Source of the DNA: Craspedostauros australis
Lineage: Eukaryota
Length of the DNA: 20,000 nt
Assembly (NCBI GenBank): GCA_030167865.1
Contig: JALAGF010005345.1
Span: 56,845-76,844, forward strand
Direction of reading: 5' to 3'
Of the stretch, positions 10,521 to 20,000 are shown piece after piece (the first letter of the stretch is position 1; every line of letters starts with the position of its first letter). Below the pieces are notes generated by a model, which was given only the letters and a program-made list of their open reading frames with translations, made no database searches and was not told the origin of the DNA. A program made the translations under genes and the position numbers.

Positions 10521-10611
10521 GTTGTAGTACGCGCGCAGGAAAAACGGCATTTTGCCTCCTAAAAAACCTCGCGCGTTCGCTACCCTTCATGCGACTCCCC
10601 ATGGCTATCTG

Positions 10612-12099
10612 TTAGTACAGAAACCTACCCAAAAGCGTCTCCCGTTTTGGGGCTGCCATGGTCTTGGTGAACACATCTGCCAGATTGGTCAGTGTGTCCT
10701 CTTTCGCGACTCTAATGATCCCACTTGCCACAGCTTCCCTGCACCGGTGATATGATATGCTGTGATGCTTCTTGGAGAGTGTGGAGTGGGGTGTCGATGC
10801 ATTCTTGTACACCGCTTCATTGTCACAGAACATATTGGTCGGTCCCTCCAACGGGACGCCAAACATCCTGAGTTTGTATCGTAGCGACGATACCATTTCC
10901 ACTGCTTGCCGCATTGCTGTGAACTCCGAACCAAACGTGGATGTTTCGACTGAGTTTTGTCGTTTGCTGTACCACATGACTGGCGCTCGATTCATGAAGA
11001 TCNNNNNNNNNNNNNNNNNNNNNNNNNNNNNNNNNNNNNNNNNNNNNNNNNNCTTCTTGGAGAGTGTGGAGTGGGGTGTCGATGCATTCTTGTACACCGC
11101 TTCATTGTCACAGAACATATTGGTCGGTCCCTCCAATGGGACGCCAAACATCCTGAGTTTGTATCGTAGCGACGATACCATTTCCACTGCTTGCCGCATT
11201 GCAGTGAACTCCGAACCAAACGTGGATGTTTCGACTGAGTTCTGTCGTTTGCTGTACCACATGACTGGCGCTCGATTCATGAAGATCAAGATGCCTGTCT
11301 GCGACCTGCGGGTTGCTTTGTCTGCTGCGTGACTGGCATCCACAAAGCAGTGGGTGGAAGCAACGTTTCCTCTGGGCTTGGGTGCATTNGTGGGTATCTG
11401 CTCTTCGGCGTCTCGGTAGAAATCTTCCCATTCAAACGATTGGAATCGATCCTCCGAAATCCTTGGGTGGTCTGGATCCATCAACATCGAGCGCTTGCTC
11501 GTGTTCTTGAGGTACCCAAAGATGTGATACACCTGCTGTAGATGTCCCACCCTTGGCATCGCCAAGAACGAAGATAGGAGGGAGACCTCGAGCAAGATGT
11601 CGACCTGTCCGATCTCGATCGCCCACCGCAGCACACCAATCAGCTCTTGGAATCGTTGTAGCCCATCTGCCTTGAGCTCTGCTGTAGTATNNNNNNNNNN
11701 NNNNNNNNNNNNNNNNNNNNNNNNNNNNNNNNNNNNNNNNAAAGATGTGATACACCTGCTGTAGATGTCCCACCCTTGGCATCGCCAAGAACGAAGATAG
11801 GAGGGAGACCTCGAGCAAGATGTCAACCCGTCCGATCTCGATCGCCCACCGCAGCACACCAATCAGCTCTTGGAATCGTTGTAGCCCATCTGCCTTGAGC
11901 TCTGCTGTAGTATCCTCAGCTGGATGATATCCAGATGTGAATGGTGTCTTGCATCCCGATGATAGTCGCATACCTTCTTCGGACAGCTTTGACTCCACGT
12001 TCTCGATAGCCGCCTTGCAGTACTTCTCTGATGAAATGCGCCAGCACATGGTGCCGTTCTCGTTCGCCTTCTTGTCGAGCGATGCTCCAAGGTACATAT
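10612..12099 (-). pseudogene. pol: pol 3' part: RT C-terminus and RNase H (with assembly-duplicated segments)
   Basis: Motifs MYLGA, FQELIGVLRW, HCFVDASHA, SQTGILIF, ETSTFGSEF, MFCDNEAV, KKHHSISYH and NLADVFTK; stop TAA at 10612-10614. Confidence 0.92.
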
Positions 12100-14230
12100 C
12101 CATAGTGATTTTTTTTCTGCGTCAGGACGCAAAACAGCCACTTTTTGCAAGCTGACGCAAGCTAAGAATGTAGCACTGTTTGTGTTTGCGTCAGGACGCA
12201 TCCGAAAAATACCGTGGCAATTTAACACGGAGAGTAGTCGTGATAGACTCGCCCGATCCATGCGAAAAAGATAGCTCCCAAATGCCACCTCTGTTGACTG
12301 TGCTTCTTTGGACATCGAAGGCCTCTCACGCGTTTTCTTCGTGTTGTTTTCTTCATTGGGCAGATATCTGTCGTCTCTGCCCAAGGTACCAGTGGATAGT
12401 GAATATAATACAATAGTAAATAGATACTGTCACTTATGATACACACCATTACACATAGTACCCTCTGCCTATTGAATATACTTTATTTGTGTCGAGAAGT
12501 ATAGTGGTATGCATTTTCATTAGTGTGTCCATCAGCTCCGTCGCGCAATATTCATTCCTGTTGCAAATCATCTGCTGCTCTTCTTGGCTTGATCGGTAGC
12601 AACCATGATTGCAACTGCGCCATTCACAAGGCATTTTTGTTCAGATTTCTTGCCATCCGTACAGCCGCAACAGTCGCCGGGTTCACTCAGTGAACATTCA
12701 TCTGTATTGGTAGTTCCATCGGGCATGTTCTTGTCTGTCTTGCAAGCGAAAAGCTCAATCTCATTCCATTCCCCAGACCTATCCTTGCACTTGCTGGATT
12801 CGGACAACTACTATCCATGAGCCTCTGCCAAAACAATATGAGGGTGAGATTTACAATGGTCCTATGTGAAGTGCACTTGCTCTCTTCAGTGTGGCATTCC
12901 GATTTTGGCATGGTAGATGCTGTTCATATCGTGCATCCATCCATCCATCCATCCATCTTAGAATCAAATAGGTGTCTTCTCATGTGTGGGGCTTTGCATG
13001 ATAGGACTGACGAATCACATGGCGATGGCACTCTCAACTACAACTTTTCCATCCACAACTTGATGAATCTCATCATTCATGTTGGCATCCATCCTCCTGC
13101 GAATGAAAGCACAAACTGAACAATGAAATGAAACAGGGACTTGGTCATGTGCATTCCATGGAGGAAAGGAACACATATGCTGGCATGAATGTATCCAACA
13201 TCTACGAAAGCAAGAGTCTACAGTGATCTGATACATTTCCATGGCGCGTCATTCCGTCCTCCTTGCTCGATACACCTCCTCCACCATCCCTAGATTGGGA
13301 GTGCCGATATGGCTGAGATCGCAGACGGAGATATCGCCAGACAGATGGGCATCCAAATCCACCACAGAATGAAGCAGCTCGGAATGTGGTATCCTGTTTA
13401 CGTCAGTCTTCATTGACCTGTTGATACTGATACCATTCGAGCCAATCCTACAATGGTTGGGCCATTGTGATGGAACATCCAATGTCAACAACTCAGCTGA
13501 GGAGCACAACAAATGCATACAACTCACATGCAGATTGGCACTCGTGTGTGTGTCTCGAAAGGGACTGCCATGTGCACGAATGCTGACGCTCAACATACAT
13601 TCGAATAACATTGAATATACCTATTCCATGAAGGAGCACAACTTAGTTGATGGCAGCGATCAAGGCACATGGGCAGCCACTGAAGATATGAATACAGCAC
13701 TGGATACATTCATAGTAACTGGAGCAACCACGTGACGACACGAGGAGGGAGCTGAGAGGGTCGCACGTTCGACCAACATCGAAGAAATGAAAGGAATCAG
13801 TTGAACATTGCAGCCACCGGATACCTGTGGGTTTCAAATAAAGACTGTAGGTTTTTCCTTGGCAGTTATATTGCACGAAAGAGTTGGAAGAGGCAGCTTC
13901 CTATTCATAATCACTCTCCAAACAACAACAAGCAAAAATATAGTGTCTGGGATGGAATGCACACAAAAGCATGCGATTTTGTGCAGCGCAACAAACAACA
14001 CGAAGAATCGGGTGGTGGCATGAGAACCCAAAACAACACGAAGAAACACGCGATGTGGGAAGGGTGTTGTTTGCCATTTAGTCGGACGAGTCTATCACGA
14101 TTAAACGTCGCGACAAATCGCCGCGCTATTTTTCGTTTGCGTCAGGACGCAACAGTTCACGCACACCGCTAGTAAAATTCTGCGTCCTGACGCAAGGGGG
14201 GTCCTCTATCGTGGGGAAAAATCACTATGG
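12100..14230. mobile_element. Non-autonomous TIR DNA transposon with piggyBac-like ends (2131 bp) inserted in the copia RT
   Basis: Perfect 14-bp TIRs CCATAGTGATTTTT (12100-12113) and AAAAATCACTATGG (14217-14230), with ATAT on both sides (12096-12099, 14231-14234). Removing the element and one ATAT restores KVEPPDMYLGA. Subterminal TGCGTCAGGACGCA palindromes lie at 12118, 12187, 14138 and 14181 (the last inverted). No transposase ORF inside. Confidence 0.9.
12934..12957. repeat. (CATC)6 microsatellite inside the nested element
   Basis: Read directly from the sequence. Confidence 0.9.
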
Positions 14231-17200
14231 ATATCAGGTGGCTCGACTTTGTCCCCTTTCAGCTTGAACACAGCTGAGATATTGGATATGACTTGCTTGG
14301 GTTGATGGCTGATTGCCATCACATCGTCGACGTAGCACAGCACGATTTCATAGTATTCGAATCCGTCTGGCTTTGCTGCTGGTCGTAGCCATACGTCAGG
14401 ATCTGCCTGCGACGATCTGAATCCGCTATCATGCAGAACGCCGGCCAGTTTGGCCCTGAATGCAGCCCCGGATGACTTCAACCCGTACAGCGCCTTCTTC
14501 ACAAGCATGATCTTTCCTTCTTCAGCTGCGAATTCTGGTCCTGCTCTTGTCCAGATTCTCTCGCGGCAATCTGCCGTGAGGTAGGCATTCTGAATGTCGC
14601 ATGCCATGACATCCAGGTCGTTCATTGCCGCAATGGTCAATGCGATGCGAACCGAATCTCTGGATACGACGGAGGAGTATGTGATCGATGATGGCGTGGA
14701 TGTCTTGTGTCCCCCGGCGACCAGTCGGGCCTTGCGTCTAAAATTCTCGCCGAGCTTCACATCGAATATCAGGTGGCACTTGATCTCCTGGTATCCGTTG
14801 GGTATGTCAGATTGATCCCCTTCGAACACCTCGAATGCTGGCCTGACGTTCTTCATCTCCTTCATGATCGAATCCCACCACAGGGTATTGCCGTTTCCAC
14901 GGTCGACCTGCTTCGCTTCCTCCACCGACTTTGGCACGCGAACACCATACTTGTGAGTTCGAACCCAATACTTGGATTTGACCTTCGCGAGAATGCGCTT
15001 GCGCTTCTTCAACACGAAGGGAACCCACCAAGCAAATGCTGGCTCCATTGCAATGCGATTGTCCACTGCATACTCAGCCAGCTGTACTGGGTATGAGTCC
15101 TTGACATCCTTCAATGCATTCCACGTCGTGCTGCCGTCTTTCCACTGAATGAGAATNTCCCACCCAATGGTTGTTTCACGGCGCCTCTTCACTCCATTCT
15201 TGGCAGTGATGAAGGCATTCTGCTGAGTGATGGCACTGGCATCCTTGCGATGATCGATGATCTCATCGATAAGCACGTGCCGGTTGCCTTCTTCGTCAAT
15301 CTGTGCGAATAAATTCTCCGCAATGACGTTTGCTGCNNNNNNNNNNNNNNNNNNNNNNNNNNNNNNNNNNNNNNNNNNNNNNNNNNCAACCGCGTATCCA
15401 TGATTGGGTTGGTGGCCGCCGTCCCAATGGGTTTGCCGTCCTTGTCGCGAAGCCGCTTTGTGACGCGAGCAAATTCCGGATACTCTCCCCCGCGATCGAT
15501 AGATAGCTCCATGTAGAGGTATCCATCGAACGTATCAGGGTCGAAAGCGTCATTGGCCTCCGCGACGTCCCCGTTGCTGAACGTGCGGGAGAACTCGGCC
15601 GCAAAGTCGGGATCGTCGTCATTCAGCTCGGCCCATGCGGAAAGCTGCGGCCTCCCTCCCGTGACCGCCAGCCGCTCCTCTTTGAAACGCCGAGCTATTG
15701 CAGCATCATATGCCACGAATTTCTCCTTGTGGGCATCGATACCCATCTCAACAGTGGTCACCCGCTGCACCATAGTGCGCGCCATGGGAATGACAGATGC
15801 TGGCAAAACCCAATATGACATCAACGATCCAGTCGTCCGTGCCACACCAAGGAATCGCCCCACCTGTATTTCACCCAACCCCGCGTTCGGCTTGAACCAC
15901 ACTCGATCGTAGAATCCGAAATCGAGGTACTCCGAAATGTCCGGCGTCTCACCAGTCAATTGCTCAATCGGTATGCGTCCCTGTAAGCCTCCTGCATTGC
16001 TGGCTGTGCGCTGCATGATGGCAGCGAGGTGGGTCAACCCGTAGCTCCACAATCGTCTGGGACAGTTCGTCCTGAACATGACCCTGTACCACCGCCGTCT
16101 CAACTCCCGAATGACACCTTCCGCCGGGTTCTGGTTGTGCCGCTCAACTTCCGAGACATGCAACTGAATGTTGTACTTGCGACATCGTTTCCAGAATTGG
16201 CTGTGTGGTCCAACCTGCTCCGGCGCACCGTCTGCGATGAGTATATCCGGAGCCCCATAGTCACGGACGAAGGTGTCNNNNNNNNNNNNNNNNNNNNNNN
16301 NNNNNNNNNNNNNNNNNNNNNNNNNNNACTCACGAATGACACCTTCCGCCGGGTTCTGGTTGTGCCGCTCAACTTCCGTGACATGCAACTGGATGTTGTA
16401 CTTGCGACATCCTTTTCGGAATTGGCTGTGCAGTCCAACCTGCTCCGGCGCACCGTCTGCGACGAGTATATCCGGAGCTCCATAGTCACGGACGAAGGTA
16501 TCGAGGGCCTCATGTGCCTCCGACTTCCGGAACATGTGGTATGCCTCAACGAAGAATTGAGGAGATGCGAAGATCTGCGAGTACTTGTGCCCATGTAGAT
16601 CCTCACATCGGGCATACATNGTATCCGTTGCCATANTCCCCTGGATCCGCTTTGGGATGTACATGCGATCGGCACGNTAGCGCCGAGCCAACGGCATGAC
16701 CGCCGATCGCACGAGGTTCCGAGTCGTAGCTCGAAGAGTAAGCCGTGCTTGCTCGAGGCTGAGGTGCCACCGATCGCTGAGCTCTTCGGCCGTCATCTTC
16801 GAGTGCCGATCAACCGACAGAAACGATCTCGGTACCTGGATCTCGTCCTCTGTGATGGGACCAGGGATATGGGCATCGGGGTTGTCCGTCATCTCCGTTG
16901 ACACCGCAGGCTTGCGGTCTATCGCCTTCTCATCCACACGCACACTCCGAATCAGCCGTTGGTTGAAATGGCAATTGATGGATCCATAATGGCNNNNNNN
17001 NNNNNNNNNNNNNNNNNNNNNNNNNNNNGCATGCGTGTTTCGGACCTCGATCTCTTCCTGTTCGTGGTATGGGATGACTGGGAACCGGACGCGTTCTGGG
17101 TTCCAAGGTGTCGGGCTGGACAGTACAATGTGTGGTAGCTGGCTCAGATCTGTGGATGATGGCCTCCATGTGTCGAGGTATATGGTGGTACCCTCTGATT

Positions 17201-18103
17201 GCAGGCACGCCGCAAAACCCTGCTCGTCATGTCGTATGACCATGGGCTTCCCAGCGTATGGGTTGTCCTGTACGTCAACTCCATGGTGCCGCAGTTGGTT
17301 TGGATTGACCAACGANNNNNNNNNNNNNNNNNNNNNNNNNNNNNNNNNNNNNNNNNNNNNNNNNNNNNNNNNNNNNNNNNNNNNNNNNNNNNNNNNNNNN
17401 GTCACTATGGGCACATCTTTGACTGGATCATAGCTGTCAGTGTATGGTGACACGTCACAGCACCTGTCAGTATAATGTAGCACCACGCACTGTCGGCCGG
17501 CAACAATGGTGTCGGCATGAGAGTCCAGTTCAAGTCTGGACTGTACCTCATGGCCATCGTGCGGATTGTTGGCATGTATGGTGCCAACACGTCGTGATCT
17601 TTGGGACGTACGAAACACGGATATGCAACTGGTGTACTCGCAANNNNNNNNNNNNNNNNNNNNNNNNNNNNNNNNNNNNNNNNNNNNNNNNNNAGGCTCG
17701 GCATCGACAATGCCTCGTTGAACACGAGTATGTACCGTCTGCCTGCAGCGGACGTGTATCCGGTTGCGGCCGTCACTATGGGCACATCTTTGACTGGATC
17801 ATAGCTGTCAGTGTATGGTGACACNNNNNNNNNNNNNNNNNNNNNNNNNNNNNNNNNNNNNNNNNNNNNNNNNNNNNNNNNNNNNNNNNNNNNNNNNNNN
17901 NNNNNNNNNNNNNNNNNNNNNNNNNNNNNNTGCGGATTGTTGGCATGTATGGTGCCAACACGTCGTGATCTTTGGGACGTACGAAACACGGATATGCAAC
18001 TGGTGTACTCGCAAGAGTGTCGTTGGATATGTGAGTAACAGCGTCTTAGATTACGAATCCAGATACCGAACATCACCACGAACGTGCACTCTCGCCAACA
18101 CCA
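14231..18103 (-). pseudogene. pol: pol 5' part: aspartic protease, integrase, chromo-like segment and RT (cut by the insertion; N gaps)
   Basis: Protease ELDSHADT; integrase LSDRWHLS..., ATD / ADGA / QNPAEG (D,D-E), ETPDISEYLDFGFYD, GRFLGV; RT CHLIFDVK, RKARLVAGGH, DIQNAYL, KALYGLKSSG and YVDD. Confidence 0.93.
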
Positions 18104-18106
18104 TCA
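18001..18106 (-). promoter_or_regulatory. Candidate gag-pol UGA readthrough signal (stop, 8-nt spacer, extended stem-loop)
   Basis: Single in-frame TGA at 18106-18104. GCGAGAGUG (18095-18087) can pair with CACUCUUGC (18019-18011), and UGGUGU (18103-18098) with ACACCA (18006-18001). Confidence 0.55.
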
Positions 18107-20000
18107 GCTTCCGGTGTTCTGTCGCTTGGAGTCCCTTCCACCAAACGCNNNNNNNNNNNNNNNNNNNNNNNNNNNNNNNNNNNNNNNNNNNNNNNNNNNN
18201 NNNNNNNNNNNNNNNNNNNNNNNNNNNNNNNNNNNNNNNNNNNNNNNNNNNNNNNNNNNNNNNNNNNNNNNNNNNNNNNNNNNNNNNNNNNNNNNNNNNN
18301 NNNNNNNNNNNNNNNNNNNNNGTCCGTTGCGCTTCGTGCCCCTGGCCTTCAGGATCTCTTCGCGGTGTTGCTGCACCTCGGCGCTGAACCACTGCTTTGG
18401 ACTGTACTTGCCGATGTACAAGGATCCATCAGCTGTGATGGCGCCCACGGCTGGTGGTGATCCTTGCGATGTGGTGCGACCGTTGGAGGTTGTTTGAGCG
18501 ACTTGNNNNNNNNNNNNNNNNNNNNNNNNNNNNNNNNNNNNNNNNNNNNNNNNNNCTCGCCAACACCATCAGCTTCCGGTGTTCTGTCGCTTGGAGTCCC
18601 TTCCACCAAACGCTGTGCCAGCTTGGTCGTGTCGATCGGTTGCTGGCTGCCCACGATCCATGGCGGGCTCGTCGTTGGTATCATGATTGCGCTTCTGTTG
18701 TGCGGATGCGGATGACTGGAGTTGGCTCACTTGTCTCTTGAGTTGCTGGACCTGTCGCTGGAGGTTCTGCTTGCCCTTCCCTCCGCGTCCGTTGCGCTTC
18801 GTGCCCCTGGCCTTCAGGATCTCTTCGCGGTGTTGCTGCACCTCGGCNNNNNNNNNNNNNNNNNNNNNNNNNNNNNNNNNNNNNNNNNNNNNNNNNNNNN
18901 NNNNNNNNNNNNNNNNNNNNNNNNNNNNNNNNNNNNNNNNNNNNCCGTTGGAGGTTGTTTGAGCGACTTGTCGGTTGCCCCGCATGCTGGTTGAATGCTC
19001 AGGTATTTCCTTCGCAAACTCCAAGAGGACTGTCTTGTAATTGGTTGGGTTGCGGCTGTAGTCCAGCTTGAGTGTGGACTTGAGCATTTGCAATCCCAGT
19101 GCTTGGATTGTCTGGAAGATGGTGTCAACGATGTCTTGGTCATACATCGGTTGGTTGCAGTTGTCAAGTTCGTCCACTGCACGTTGCAGCTTGGCCGAGT
19201 ACTGTTCGAAGGACAGGTGGCGCTCGTTGTTGTAGCGAATGGTGCGAAGGACTTGCTTGGCGGCTGTGACCCTNGCCTCGACGCTGGCTGGGTTGTCGTA
19301 CCTTTCAGCCAGTGCCTTGAAGCAACGCCTGCCGTCGCGCGCCCTGATGAATGGCTTGATGTAGGTGTACGCGTCAGAATCCTCTGCGATGTTCTGAAGG
19401 ATGATGCGGTGCACTGTTGCTGTGTCCAGGCGATAGGTTTCGCCGGTCAGCGGCGCTAGCGTGAGAGCGTTGTGTTCCCAGCTGAGCTCGGGTTCGTCGG
19501 ATGTCTCCGCCTGCTCTCTGATGACATAGCTGAGTGGGATGCCTTTGGCACCAATGATGGCCTCAAGGGTGCTCACAAGTTCATCCACCCAGCGTCGCCA
19601 TTGCGCGCCTGACTTGAGNNNNNNNNNNNNNNNNNNNNNNNNNNNNNNNNNNNNNNNNNNNNNNNNNNNNNNNCGCCGGTCGTGCCGTGCCTTCGCTTCC
19701 AGTATCTCGGAAAAGAATTCCTGACGCGTGGTGTCATCGTCGAACTCAACCTCGAGATCCAACCGCACTTGGTCTTGCACCCAATACATGAGGGCGATGA
19801 GCAGGCGCCTCGTCGCTCTGGAGACATGGAAGGCGTCTTGACCTCTGCGAGAGTACTGGTTGCAAGCGGTGTCGATGGCTTCCGCTGTCTCATGTTGCAA
19901 CCCTTCGAGTCCAACATTCTGCGGCACGAAGTCGTCGCGGACGATGTTGCGGTGGGGAATCGAGTCAAACCCCAACCAGGTGAAGATCTGGGTCAGTGTG
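18104..20000 (-). CDS. gag: gag (5'-truncated by the window; 3' end assembled twice, stops at 18569 and 18104)
   Basis: Open frame from the window edge (TLTQIFTWLGFDS...) through IGAKGIPLSYVIRE, RDGRRCFKALAERYD and YNNERHLSFEQYSAKL, typical of diatom copia gag, to AGTAFGGRDSKRQNTGS*. It lies upstream of the protease. Confidence 0.85.

Larger units (their letters stand above)
9649..20000 (-). mobile_element. Ty1/copia LTR retrotransposon of diatom CoDi type; 5' part beyond the window; RT interrupted by a nested DNA transposon; assembled from overlapping paralogous contigs
   Basis: Domain order gag-PR-INT-RT-RNase H on the minus strand (copia order), then PPT and an LTR with TG...CA ends. Confidence 0.95.

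Noticed and set aside
12568..12911. Cys-rich short ORFs as a piggyBac cysteine-rich domain remnant
   Set aside because: Cys spacing does not match a recognisable piggyBac C-terminal domain, and TG/CA enrichment from deamination inflates Cys and His codons.
12118..14194. TGCGTCAGGACGCA palindromic repeats as a CRISPR-like array or terminators
   Set aside because: Only four copies of 14 bp, clustered subterminally at both ends of a TIR element in eukaryotic DNA; they fit transposase-binding sites.
10768..18985. Apparent tandem duplications of RNase H, RT, integrase, protease and gag segments as real domain duplications
   Set aside because: Every duplicate abuts an N gap (often exactly 50 N), the signature of unmerged overlapping contigs.

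Overview
Eukaryotic genomic DNA, very probably from a diatom: bipartite plastid-targeting presequences, GT-AG introns and a CoDi-type Ty1/copia element. The left half (1-9.4 kb) is gene-dense host sequence: a plastid-targeted long coiled-coil protein, CCT4 (chaperonin delta, 2 exons), a plastid-targeted Lin0512-family protein (2 exons, minus strand) and a peroxisomal beta-oxidation multifunctional enzyme ending in SKL. The right half (9.65-20 kb) is a minus-strand Ty1/copia LTR retrotransposon (gag, PR, INT, chromo-like segment, RT, RNase H, PPT, 3' LTR), assembled as a mosaic of overlapping near-identical contigs separated by N gaps. Three observations stand out. (1) gag and pol are in frame, separated by one UGA that is followed by an 8-nt spacer and a long stem-loop, a candidate programmed readthrough signal. 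(2) The RT is split by a 2.1-kb non-autonomous TIR element with piggyBac-like ends (CCATAG termini, TGCGT..ACGCA subterminal palindromes, asymmetric spacers) but an ATAT rather than TTAA target duplication. (3) A chromodomain-like segment lies between INT and RT.
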